A stretch of 20,000 nt of DNA from an uncultured virus (IMG/VR IMGVR_UViG_3300027906_004086) (lineage: Duplodnaviria; Heunggongvirae; Uroviricota; Caudoviricetes): IMG/VR virus record IMGVR_UViG_3300027906_004086; one strand, 5' to 3'. The notes beneath the pieces are model-generated. The model was not told the origin of the DNA and did no database searches. It was given only the letters and a program-made list of their open reading frames with translations. This document shows, piece by piece, positions 8,350-16,771 of this stretch (positions within the stretch are counted from its first letter, which is position 1; every line of letters begins with the position of its first letter). The translations under genes were made by a program, and so were the position numbers.

Positions 8350-9014
8350 TTGAGCCGATTCAAGAGTTTGATTTAGATGAGAAGTCAACACAGAAAAAGA
8401 CATTTGGGGTTATTGTGGCAGATCCTCCATGGAGCTTTAGCGATAAGCTAAAGTATTCTGGTGAAGTAAAGCGCGCTGCAGACAGCTTTTACCCAACCCT
8501 GAACCTAGCAGAGATTAAAAAAATGCCTGTTGGTGAGCTAGCAGCAGAGAACTGTATTTTAGCGCTATGGGTGCCTTCTGCATTCCTCCAGGCGGGGATG
8601 GATGTTATGAGTGAGTGGGGCTTTAACTATAAGCAGTTGTGGATTTGGGGGAAGACTTCGAAGAAGAACCCTCTAAATTTAGCATTCGGAATGGGTAGAT
8701 TAGCCCGAAATTGTCATGAGCCTTTGCTGGTCGGTGTAAAGGGCAAATACACGAAGTTTCTAAAGAACCATTCACAACGGAACCTGTTTATGCATCCAAC
8801 GATGAAGCATTCACAAAAGCCTGAATCTATTCAGACCAGCCTAGACAAAATGTTTCCCGACTGGGATAAGCTTGAGATCTTTGCTCGTCGTGACAGGGCT
8901 GGGTGGACATGCATTGGTAACGAGGCCCCAGGTACGGCAGGTGAGGATATACGGGATTCTATTGGTGATCTATTGGGGTATTCACTTCAAGGCAACAAGA
9001 TTAATTCTGTATAA
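8346..9014 (+). CDS. MT-A70 family N6-adenine methyltransferase
   Basis: VIVADPPW, YPTLNLAEIKKMPV, LALWV, WGFNY, HEPLLVGVKG, HSQKPE, LEIFARR..GW..IGNE. Confidence 0.92.
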   Translation: MIEPIQEFDLDEKSTQKKTFGVIVADPPWSFSDKLKYSGEVKRAADSFYPTLNLAEIKKMPVGELAAENCILALWVPSAFLQAGMDVMSEWGFNYKQLWIWGKTSKKNPLNLAFGMGRLARNCHEPLLVGVKGKYTKFLKNHSQRNLFMHPTMKHSQKPESIQTSLDKMFPDWDKLEIFARRDRAGWTCIGNEAPGTAGEDIRDSIGDLLGYSLQGNKINSV

Positions 9015-9015
9015 A

Positions 9016-9090
9016 TCTGGCACTTAAGTGCAATATATTGTGGTTTGTGATATAATATAAATGTTGGTGGGGAATGGTTCCCTTACCTAA
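9016..9090 (+). promoter_or_regulatory. Promoter with 12-bp palindrome over the -35 and a conserved leader (copy 1)
   Basis: GCACTTAAGTGC 9020-9031, GTGCAA-N17-TATAAT (TATAAT 9051-9056), then AATGTTGGTGGGGAATGGTT shared with the copy at 19905. Confidence 0.8.
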
Positions 9091-9104
9091 TTTGTGGAGA
9101 AAAC

Positions 9105-9377
9105 ATGAATCTCAATCAGATCATTCGAATCTTAAACACCTTTAATGAGGATGAATTGGTATCCCTTAACAGAGCCGTTGTTGATCAAATCAAATCTCAA
9201 CGCAGCGCTCAGGCGGCGATCAATCGGCACCTTTTCAAGGTTGGTGATACAGTCAGGTGGAACGGTCGCCATGGGCCCAGTGAGGGAAAGATCACGAAGG
9301 TAAATCGAAAGAAAGCCATCATCACCGTTGGTATCGAACAATGGAACGTTCCCCTTAATATGCTAACAGCGGTATAG
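9105..9377 (+). CDS. Hypothetical protein with KOW/SH3-like C-terminal domain
   Basis: FKVGDTVRW...GKITKVNRKKAII; GGAGA RBS. Confidence 0.75.
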   Translation: MNLNQIIRILNTFNEDELVSLNRAVVDQIKSQRSAQAAINRHLFKVGDTVRWNGRHGPSEGKITKVNRKKAIITVGIEQWNVPLNMLTAV

Positions 9378-9388
9378 GGTATATTCTT

Positions 9389-9922
9389 ATGAATGACTAT
9401 GATCCAAAGCTACAGATTCTTCGAGAGATGTTAGCACTTAGTATTATGGGAAAGCTGGATGATTGTGGGTTTTCTGAGTCTGGGTTTGATGACAAGACTC
9501 GGGAGAAAGTATATTCCAGAAATATTCCAGAAACGAATATCTCTGTCAAGGTGTATACAACCATCGTTGGTCGGGAGGTCCGGGGGGAAGGTAAGGACGC
9601 AATTCGGGTCTGCGCAACCTATGCAGCAAAGGATGGCAAAAGTAGGGGCATTGTAAAGTCAACCCGCGTCAACCGCACAGGAAATATCGAGGATATTGTT
9701 CAGCGAATGCATGTTCGGATGCGAGAAACCTGGAAGGCTGCTTCGACCGGCGAGAGATGCCACTCTTGTGGCGCTCCAAAGTTTACGTCAAAGGCGAATA
9801 AAAAGGTATGTGCTGATATTTGCTGGTTAACGGATGACGAAAAGCAGGCTAACGACATGCAGTGGAAACTTAAGGCTTCTGCTAAACGTCATAGGGCCGG
9901 GTATAGCAGGAGGTACCGATAA
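9389..9922 (+). CDS. Hypothetical protein with putative C-terminal zinc ribbon
   Basis: CHSCGAP...CADIC. Confidence 0.75.
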   Translation: MNDYDPKLQILREMLALSIMGKLDDCGFSESGFDDKTREKVYSRNIPETNISVKVYTTIVGREVRGEGKDAIRVCATYAAKDGKSRGIVKSTRVNRTGNIEDIVQRMHVRMRETWKAASTGERCHSCGAPKFTSKANKKVCADICWLTDDEKQANDMQWKLKASAKRHRAGYSRRYR

Positions 9923-10110
9923 TGGAACAATATTATCCGGCACCAGGCGATTTGTGCCAATACATGAGTAGAGTACTATTGGTTGTTAATGAACCATATT
10001 ATCACCTCAATGGAAGGTGGGTAGAAACGATTGAAATTGAAGACAACGAGCCACGAAAGGTTCTTTGCAAAACATTAACGCTCATTCAAAGAGCAAACAA
10101 GGAGAGCTAA
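9922..10110 (+). CDS. Hypothetical protein, 62 aa
   Basis: AGGAGG RBS; TAATG coupling. Confidence 0.7.
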   Translation: MEQYYPAPGDLCQYMSRVLLVVNEPYYHLNGRWVETIEIEDNEPRKVLCKTLTLIQRANKES

Positions 10111-10497
10111 GTGATTACTATTAACGAAAAGCCAGAAACAAAGCTACAACTAGGCGAACGTGTAAAGCATGACAAGTTTGGCGAGGGAGTTGTACACAAG
10201 ATGTCTAGATCCTCAAATGGAAAATACATCCATGTTGATGTAGAGTTTGATGAACCATCACAGTCAGGCCCCTCTTCTGCCCCAACAAGATATCGAAAGA
10301 TTATGGCTTCTTACCTGCTAGGGCTTGGTGTACCCGAACCTCTGGACGCAGCCGTGGATACTGCTGGTACAGATCTTGTAAATATCTTAAGCGACAAGAT
10401 TGACAGCCTTGTCTCTGAAGATGAATATAGTCCTACCGACGAAGACAAAAAGGTCGTGTCTGAATCTGACGCGGACGATGAGCTAGATTTTTCCTAA
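10111..10497 (+). CDS. Protein with UvrD/PcrA C-terminal Tudor-like domain and acidic tail
   Basis: LGERVKHDKFGEGVV...VDVEFD; AAGGAG RBS; GTG start. Confidence 0.6.
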   Translation: MITINEKPETKLQLGERVKHDKFGEGVVHKMSRSSNGKYIHVDVEFDEPSQSGPSSAPTRYRKIMASYLLGLGVPEPLDAAVDTAGTDLVNILSDKIDSLVSEDEYSPTDEDKKVVSESDADDELDFS

Positions 10498-10519
10498 TAA
10501 CACTAACACAGGGCTACAT

Positions 10520-10936
10520 ATGGCTAACATCAAATATCAACCTGAGTTTAAGATCCTCCGCGTACCGTCCGGTATTATTCGGGACTTGGATTCGTTAATG
10601 CGGGATGGAAAGAAGATTGCAGCAATCAAGCTGCTTCGCTCTGAGACCAAGTGCGGGCTTAAAGAGGCAAAGGAAGCAGTTGAGAAAAAGTTTTCTGGCC
10701 ATCAAAGCCCCACCGCCTTTGATATAAAAGGCCTAGCCACCGTAAAATCTATCGTGATTGATTTCGGGGAAGGTGATGTTTCTTTATCACTTTCGGATCT
10801 TCAAATGATGACCCTGGTGAATATGACTAGTATTGGCATTGAGGAGACACGAAGGATTCTTGATCTTCATGATATTCTAACGGAATGGGAGGATGCTAAA
10901 AGTGGAAGAGAAGACAGCGATACAGCAGGCAGTTGA
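10520..10936 (+). CDS. Protein containing a ribosomal bL12 (L7/L12) C-terminal-like domain
   Basis: GKKIAAIKLLRSETKCGLKEAKEAVE matches the KIxxIKxxRxxTGxGLKEAKxxVE signature. Confidence 0.8.
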   Translation: MANIKYQPEFKILRVPSGIIRDLDSLMRDGKKIAAIKLLRSETKCGLKEAKEAVEKKFSGHQSPTAFDIKGLATVKSIVIDFGEGDVSLSLSDLQMMTLVNMTSIGIEETRRILDLHDILTEWEDAKSGREDSDTAGS

Positions 10937-11087
10937 GTCTATTAAAGATTCATGGTTAACTAATGATGGTTTATCATGGGCTTTAGTTGGAGAAGTTACC
11001 TTTGCAGCTTTGATGTTGGGCCTATTTCTAATGGTCTTAAAGAGTGCAAAGTCATTTAAGGCTAAGATTAATAAGGAGGATCAGTAA
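10893..11087 (+). CDS. Small single-pass membrane protein (start uncertain; GTG 10902 possible)
   Basis: Hydrophobic LSWALVGEVTFAALMLGLFLMVL followed by basic residues; TAATG coupling. Confidence 0.6.
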   Translation: MLKVEEKTAIQQAVESIKDSWLTNDGLSWALVGEVTFAALMLGLFLMVLKSAKSFKAKINKEDQ

Positions 11088-11395
11088 TGAAGCAGCTAAA
11101 ACTACCTTTTATGTCTGAACTTGACATTGATGAACTATATGTTTATGAGCTTTTCTTATACACCCCTGGCTCAACGCCGAAGAATAGGGTGTACTCAAAG
11201 AATGTCGATTTTACCCTGGCAAAAAACCTAAATCAGGCAGAGTCTTTATTTAAGAACAAATACCCTGGGTGGTGGCGCACCATGGGTGTTAAGAAGGCTA
11301 GCATTAATGATGTACAGGGCCTAATAAAAACGCTAGAATCTCAGCTTGATGCTTGTAAATTTATTGTTGAAGCGTATAATATTATCAATGATTAA
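11087..11395 (+). CDS. Hypothetical protein, 102 aa
   Basis: AAGGAGG RBS. Confidence 0.75.
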   Translation: MKQLKLPFMSELDIDELYVYELFLYTPGSTPKNRVYSKNVDFTLAKNLNQAESLFKNKYPGWWRTMGVKKASINDVQGLIKTLESQLDACKFIVEAYNIIND

Positions 11396-11399
11396 ACAT

Positions 11400-11485
11400 G
11401 CCGGAATGGTGGAATTGGTAGACACAAGGGACTTAAAATCCCTCGGCCGTAGGCCATGCGGGTTCGAGTCCCGCTTCCGGTACCA
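11400..11485 (+). tRNA. tRNA-Leu (anticodon UAA), encoded CCA
   Basis: GCCGGAA/TTCCGGT acceptor stem, AGGGA-CT-TAA-AA-TCCCT anticodon arm, long variable arm, GGTTCGAGTCC T-arm, ACCA end. Confidence 0.97.
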
Positions 11486-11496
11486 TTTTATATTAA

Positions 11497-11573
<77 letters not shown>

Positions 11574-11628
11574 TTTACATTTACCACATACGTTTTGTAT
11601 GTATAGTTTTTAATATAGGAGAAAAATT

Positions 11629-12096
11629 ATGTGGGTACAAGAGATTGAATTTGATGTTAGTCAAGATCCCGTTGTTTGCTTGTCAGAAGGTGGGTTCCAG
11701 AATGTAGGCGATGCATCCGTCGCCGAACTGCGCTTTGCTGCCGAGGAAGAATTTGGCGAGTTCGTGGAAGACATTACTGACCCGGACAACGGTGGCGTAA
11801 ATATCGGGTGGAAGTTTTCTACAACGGCCTCCTACGAAGATCCTGAGCTTGGGGGTGAGTTTAAATTAGAGACATGGATTATCTTGCATGACGAACCTCC
11901 AGAAATGAAGTTCAAGTACCACACAATTCAAGATGACGAACTAGATGGCTTAAACGAATTTAGGGATGTCGTAACATCTGCTGCCTTAGAGGATTCTGAA
12001 GCCCCTCAGTCTATGCCGGTCTCTGTACAAGAGGCGATGCAATCATTAGGCATGCATGTCGGTGACGTTGACGACGGTGACGCAGAACCTGAATAA
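11629..12096 (+). CDS. Highly acidic hypothetical protein, 155 aa
   Basis: AGGAGA RBS; Asp/Glu-rich. Confidence 0.75.
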   Translation: MWVQEIEFDVSQDPVVCLSEGGFQNVGDASVAELRFAAEEEFGEFVEDITDPDNGGVNIGWKFSTTASYEDPELGGEFKLETWIILHDEPPEMKFKYHTIQDDELDGLNEFRDVVTSAALEDSEAPQSMPVSVQEAMQSLGMHVGDVDDGDAEPE

Positions 12097-12124
12097 CAAA
12101 TAGTTAAATCTCACTGGAGGCAAG

Positions 12125-12478
12125 ATGTCTTCCCACAGCGAAATGATTTTAAAGATATTGATGCTGGATTCCGGTATTATTCCTTTTGCATCATATATAA
12201 GCCGGGCCCACTCCGAAGAGGAGATGAACCTTATTGATAAGAGGATTGCAAACCTTGAGCCGGCGCAGCGCCGTTTGGTCAAGCGTAAGTTTCGAAAACT
12301 GTGGAGAAAGTCAGTTAGGTTTTTGGACGCCCGCCGTGCTTCGCTGGGTCGCTCACATCTCTATCGTTTTACATGCGGATTAAATACTAAGTCTCCTACG
12401 TCGGCCCAGCGCCGCGCCAGGAGGTCTGCGGTTGTTATGTACCTACAGTTTTCATCAATAAATGATACGAGGTGGTAA
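12125..12478 (+). CDS. Basic Arg-rich hypothetical protein, 117 aa
   Basis: GGAGG RBS; RRLVKRKFRKLWRK segment. Confidence 0.7.
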   Translation: MSSHSEMILKILMLDSGIIPFASYISRAHSEEEMNLIDKRIANLEPAQRRLVKRKFRKLWRKSVRFLDARRASLGRSHLYRFTCGLNTKSPTSAQRRARRSAVVMYLQFSSINDTRW

Positions 12479-12693
12479 CAATCTTGATTTTCTGTATATA
12501 ATATGGTCTATGGATATAGTGCTTTGTATCTCTAGGCCATATTTAGTTTAGTGTACAACACATGTGTGGGATATTGACAGTCTGTGCCCACAAAGGAAAA
12601 AGAAAATGAGACTCACACGATCTAAAAATTTGTCGCACATAAGCTGGCGCCGTGAGAGTCCCTATCATATGATTAGTCATAGGAGACAACACG

Positions 12694-12981
12694 ATGAGAA
12701 TAACCAAGAGACAGCTTAAGCGGATTATTAAAGAAGAAAAGGCAAAGATCCTTGCAGAGACCACCGCCGGTCCTCCGATATCTGGTGATCATGCAATTGC
12801 TTTAGGTGGAGATTATGGTATGCCTCCTCGAAATGATCCCGGTCACGCCATGCTTGACGTGGACGACTATGATGATTTGAGAGAGTCATTGCAGGAGTTT
12901 GCCAAGGAGTATGCACATAACACGGGTTATGACTATGCAGATATCATTAATGCGATGAAATCAATTGCAGGAGATATCTAA
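12694..12981 (+). CDS. Leader-family protein 1 (MRITKRQLKRIIKEEKAKILAE + acidic cargo)
   Basis: Leader motif; AGGAGA RBS. Confidence 0.9.
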   Translation: MRITKRQLKRIIKEEKAKILAETTAGPPISGDHAIALGGDYGMPPRNDPGHAMLDVDDYDDLRESLQEFAKEYAHNTGYDYADIINAMKSIAGDI

Positions 12982-12982
12982 A

Positions 12983-13312
12983 ATGAAAATCACTAAAAGA
13001 CAACTAAGAAGAATCATCAAAGAAGAGAAGGCTAAACTTCTTTCTGAATCAGCTTCCGACATGATACAAATGGATACAGAGGTATCTCAAGCCTCCAGCC
13101 GTATCGCAGATCAGTTTCTAGAAATGATGTTCCAGCTTTTTGATGAAGACCCTGAAATGTTTGCAGGTCGCTCTACTGAGGGTGAGTGGGAACAACAGGT
13201 CAACGAAGCTCGCCATGATCTCGAGGTTAGTCTTCGAGGCGCGATTAATAAGGCCATCGAGGAAGTTGAAATGAATCTCCATGATGGCCAGTACCACGGA
13301 GGTAATCGATAA
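12983..13312 (+). CDS. Leader-family protein 2 (start ATG 12983)
   Basis: MKITKRQLRRIIKEEKAKLLSE; AGGAGA RBS. Confidence 0.9.
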   Translation: MKITKRQLRRIIKEEKAKLLSESASDMIQMDTEVSQASSRIADQFLEMMFQLFDEDPEMFAGRSTEGEWEQQVNEARHDLEVSLRGAINKAIEEVEMNLHDGQYHGGNR

Positions 13313-13614
13313 TGAAGCTTACAGAGAAACAAGTTAGAAGAATAATTAGGGAAGAGCTAGCTAGAGAGTCCCGTGACGGAAGGATGAGACCATCCCAGGT
13401 AATTAAGAAGCCTGCACCTCATGGATATGATAATGCTGGATTTCCAAGGACAGAACCGGCTCCTGTAGCGGATGTTAAAGGAATTCAAGATGAGCTGGTA
13501 CGTGCCCTGAAGAACGGTCGTGTTAGTCCTGAAAGCGGCCCTAACGGCGAAATCTATATCATGACCGGTGCTGCTGAGGGCATTACCGTCAAGGTACTCC
13601 GGAAGGGTCGGTAA
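13312..13614 (+). CDS. Leader-family protein 3 (divergent leader)
   Basis: MKLTEKQVRRIIREELARE; GGAGG RBS; TAATG coupling. Confidence 0.88.
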   Translation: MKLTEKQVRRIIREELARESRDGRMRPSQVIKKPAPHGYDNAGFPRTEPAPVADVKGIQDELVRALKNGRVSPESGPNGEIYIMTGAAEGITVKVLRKGR

Positions 13615-13865
13615 TGAAAATCACAAAAAGACAACTAAGAAGAATCATCAAAGAAGAGAAGCAACGGCTTCTTAAGGAGATGACCCCGGGTGATATGGGT
13701 ATTGCCGCTGCAAAGATGGATGACCGTCGCCGCACGCCAAGAAACGCCACTGATGCCTTAGGGAATCTACACACAGCTATTGATCAACTCATTAATGCTT
13801 TAGGGAATGAAGAAGCATATGCAGAACTACAAGGTATCGTAGATACCTGGGAGTATAATTCATGA
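13614..13865 (+). CDS. Leader-family protein 4
   Basis: MKITKRQLRRIIKEEKQRLLKE; TAATG coupling. Confidence 0.9.
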   Translation: MKITKRQLRRIIKEEKQRLLKEMTPGDMGIAAAKMDDRRRTPRNATDALGNLHTAIDQLINALGNEEAYAELQGIVDTWEYNS

Positions 13866-14131
13866 AAATTACGAAGAAACAACTTCGGAGAATTATCAAA
13901 GAAGAGATGGATATAGAAGATCAGCGCGCTATGGATATGGGTATCATACCTTATCCTGACGGTAGTTATGCTAGTGATCATGATGTGAATCAAAGCGCAT
14001 TGCTTGAACATGAATACTTGGACCTCGACGGTGTAGTCCGACCTCCAATTAGAAAGCTTATTAAAAAAGGGTATTCAAAAGAAGAAGTTGTAGAAGCTCT
14101 TACATTGATAGTACAGGATGCAGCATTATGA
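13862..14131 (+). CDS. Leader-family protein 5
   Basis: MKITKKQLRRIIKEE; ATGA overlap. Confidence 0.9.
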   Translation: MKITKKQLRRIIKEEMDIEDQRAMDMGIIPYPDGSYASDHDVNQSALLEHEYLDLDGVVRPPIRKLIKKGYSKEEVVEALTLIVQDAAL

Positions 14132-14523
14132 AAATCACTAAAAGACAACTAAGAAGAATTATTAAAGAGGAGTCGATAGCTGCTCTACGCGAAAGTTATA
14201 TGAAACAAAGATATGGTGAGATAGAGAATGCTATTTTAATGACACTAGAAGATTCACCAGGATTATCAGGCATAGAGCTTGCTGCGACAATTGGAGACGA
14301 TTATCCAGAAAATCCAAATGAAATGCCCCTTGAAAATGAAGAGGTCTTTTCGATACTAGATGTAATGATTGAGGAAGATCAAGTATTTTTTGATACACAG
14401 GAAGATGCATGGTATATCGCAGGAAGCCCTGAGGCCCTGGCTGCAATTGGTGACTATGATGCAGAAAGCGAATTCATTGGCCATGGTATTCGAGGCCGCG
14501 AAATGTCTAAGTCGAGGAGATAA
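14128..14523 (+). CDS. Leader-family protein 6 (cargo resembles an acidic winged helix)
   Basis: MKITKRQLRRIIKEESIAALRE; ATGA overlap. Confidence 0.9.
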   Translation: MKITKRQLRRIIKEESIAALRESYMKQRYGEIENAILMTLEDSPGLSGIELAATIGDDYPENPNEMPLENEEVFSILDVMIEEDQVFFDTQEDAWYIAGSPEALAAIGDYDAESEFIGHGIRGREMSKSRR

Positions 14524-14525
14524 TA

Positions 14526-14750
14526 ATGAAAATTACGAAGAAACAACTTCGGCGAATTATCAAAGAAGAGAAGGCTAGTCTTCAAGAGGCTGAAGTCCTG
14601 GCGCCTGGCACCGATGAATATGACGTAGCTTATGATATGTTATTTGATGAGTTACGAAATGCTTTTTCTAACGCAATGGAAAAAGGGCTGATTGTCGATG
14701 ACATTGAGGATGCCATCAACGATGCTAAAGAATATATTAGCTTAAATTAA
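14526..14750 (+). CDS. Leader-family protein 7
   Basis: MKITKKQLRRIIKEEKASLQE; GAGGAG RBS. Confidence 0.9.
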   Translation: MKITKKQLRRIIKEEKASLQEAEVLAPGTDEYDVAYDMLFDELRNAFSNAMEKGLIVDDIEDAINDAKEYISLN

Positions 14751-14768
14751 TGAGGGTAAAAAACTAAA

Positions 14769-15134
14769 ATGAAAATCACAAAGAGACAGCTTAGAAGAAT
14801 CATTAAAGAAGAAAGAGCAAGAATTCTCTCTGAACAATCTAGGGAATCCGTAGAGGGAAACCTTATTGGTGAGCTAGCAGGCCTGTTAGCAGATCTTCAA
14901 GGGATAAAGCATGAGCTATTTGGTCTTGTTGATCCAGATGGCGCAGATATGGGTAGCGTCTATGGCGAAGAGCTTGAAGCTACAATTCTGGAGATTGAAA
15001 ATTGGGCCGATAAGTTAGAAGCACATTTTGAGTCTATGGACCAACCATCTTCAGGCCGAACGCCTACTGAAAAAGAGAGTGGAATCCCTGACAGCAAAAG
15101 ATCCGTCGTTCACAACCGACGCCCTGATTGGTAG
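14769..15134 (+). CDS. Leader-family protein 8
   Basis: MKITKRQLRRIIKEERARILSE. Confidence 0.9.
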   Translation: MKITKRQLRRIIKEERARILSEQSRESVEGNLIGELAGLLADLQGIKHELFGLVDPDGADMGSVYGEELEATILEIENWADKLEAHFESMDQPSSGRTPTEKESGIPDSKRSVVHNRRPDW

Positions 15135-15143
15135 GACAAGATA

Positions 15144-15407
15144 ATGAAAATCACAAAGAGACAGCTTAGAAGAATCATTAAAGAAGAAAAATCACGTATT
15201 ATTCAGGAGATGAATCCCGATGGGACAATTTCTGATGATGAGGATAATGAGACAGATATTTTCATGAATGATGTTGAAGAACAGGCTGAAGAGTTAGTTA
15301 GGTATATACAAATGGAAGCTGAGCGAATCGGTGGCCCCTTTCGATCACCAGGAATTAGAAGTCAAGCTTATAAGCTTGTCGCTGAGATCATCCATTCACT
15401 AAGATAA
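15144..15407 (+). CDS. Leader-family protein 9
   Basis: MKITKRQLRRIIKEEKSRIIQE. Confidence 0.9.
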   Translation: MKITKRQLRRIIKEEKSRIIQEMNPDGTISDDEDNETDIFMNDVEEQAEELVRYIQMEAERIGGPFRSPGIRSQAYKLVAEIIHSLR

Positions 15408-15420
15408 AAGGAGATCTAAA

Positions 15421-15519
15421 ATGGAAAACGTATCAAACAAAGAATGTTGCTGCTGCTGTTCTGGTAAGTGCGAATCCTGTTGCTGCTGTTGCTGTGACAA
15501 TTGCGCCGGCTGTAAATAA
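15421..15519 (+). CDS. Cys-rich metallothionein-like peptide, 32 aa (not in ORF track)
   Basis: Manual translation MENVSNKECCCCCSGKCESCCCCCCDNCAGCK; AAGGAG RBS at 15408-15413; stop 1 nt before next ATG. Confidence 0.8.
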   Translation: MENVSNKECCCCCSGKCESCCCCCCDNCAGCK

Positions 15520-15520
15520 A

Positions 15521-16156
15521 ATGAAAATATCAAAAAGACAGATGAGAAAAATACTCGAATCTTCTTATGACTATGATCAAGATTACGTCATGCACCCCAC
15601 GGACTATGTCCGTGGGGCCATGTCCATACTAAGTCCTGAGGAGTTTAATAATATCGGAATTGAAAAAATGATGCGTGAGGGTGAAGTTGCTGCAATGGAG
15701 CTCCGAAGCACCTGGCCTGAAGATGAGGGTTTCGGCAGTAGTGACCGGACATATGAGCTGCAGGGCTTTCTTGAGATGCTGGGGTTTAAGACGGGATTTC
15801 CGAATGGGACTCTTGAGGTCGTAAGAGAAGGAAAAATGAAAATTACGAAAAGAAAACTTAAATCACTAATTAGGGAAGCCATCAAGGGTCACGTGTATGG
15901 AGATCCCAGTAAAGATGCTTATTTAGATATTACAATGTCAGCTATAGGCAGAGGTGATTATGTGAAAGCTACTAATGCTATTTTAGATAGTTATATGATG
16001 GATGACACATGGCCTGAGGAAGAGAAAGCTCTTACTGATATGCTAGCTGCTCTACCCGCCGGCGCGAGACCCGGTGAAGTGGAAGCCGTTGCAGATGAAT
16101 GGTATCGAGGATTTAAGTCTGGGACATGGAATCCAGTTGTACAAGGAAAAGCATAA
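15521..16156 (+). CDS. Leader-family protein 10: in-frame fusion of two leader+cargo units
   Basis: MKISKRQMRKILE at 15521; internal MKITKRKLKSLIRE at 15836. Confidence 0.88.
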   Translation: MKISKRQMRKILESSYDYDQDYVMHPTDYVRGAMSILSPEEFNNIGIEKMMREGEVAAMELRSTWPEDEGFGSSDRTYELQGFLEMLGFKTGFPNGTLEVVREGKMKITKRKLKSLIREAIKGHVYGDPSKDAYLDITMSAIGRGDYVKATNAILDSYMMDDTWPEEEKALTDMLAALPAGARPGEVEAVADEWYRGFKSGTWNPVVQGKA

Positions 16157-16157
16157 A

Positions 16158-16493
16158 ATGAAAATCACTAAAAGACAACTCAGGCGAATTATTAAAGAAG
16201 AGAAGCAAAAGATAGTTCAAGAAAATATGTTTCAAGGTGCTATGGATAAAGTGTCTGATTTCTTCACCGGTGAAAAGACTGTTCGGGGTGTAGCACCGGA
16301 GGAGGCAGCTGAAGATTTAAAGAATGCTATTGCACAATTTATAGCTTCAGACTTACAGGCTCTTGCGAGCTCTGGTAAAAAATCCACAGAGGCAGAATAT
16401 AGCAAAGTAGTTGAGTCATCTGTTGTGAAAGCACATAGGATAGTGGACGAAGTTAAGAGCCAAGTGCCTATTAATATTACTAGGAAAAGATAA
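16158..16493 (+). CDS. Leader-family protein 11 (start ATG 16158)
   Basis: MKITKRQLRRIIKEEKQKIVQE. Confidence 0.9.
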   Translation: MKITKRQLRRIIKEEKQKIVQENMFQGAMDKVSDFFTGEKTVRGVAPEEAAEDLKNAIAQFIASDLQALASSGKKSTEAEYSKVVESSVVKAHRIVDEVKSQVPINITRKR

Positions 16494-16756
16494 TGAAAAT
16501 TACTAAAAGACAACTTAGAAGAATCATTAAAGAAGAACGTGCTAAGCTAGTTCGAGAAACACGGGATCAGGCTGATCAAAACCTTAAAGCTTATCAGGAT
16601 GGTTATCATGGTGGTGCCCATGTAGGTGTTGAGGAAAAACTTGAAAATGCTGCATATGCAATGGTCGATATGCTTATTGAATTAAATGGTGTAGATCGGC
16701 GTGAAGCTAGGCAAATGGTTATAAAATTCGTAAGCGATTTCCTCGCAATAGCCTAA
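16493..16756 (+). CDS. Leader-family protein 12
   Basis: MKITKRQLRRIIKEERAKLVRE; TAATG coupling. Confidence 0.9.
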   Translation: MKITKRQLRRIIKEERAKLVRETRDQADQNLKAYQDGYHGGAHVGVEEKLENAAYAMVDMLIELNGVDRREARQMVIKFVSDFLAIA

Positions 16757-16771
16757 GGAAAAGGTAATATA

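Noticed and set aside
15494..15520. GTG start at 15494, and similar upstream extensions at 12965, 16074, 16989 and 17938
   Set aside because: True starts are most likely the leader ATGs; the extensions overlap the preceding genes
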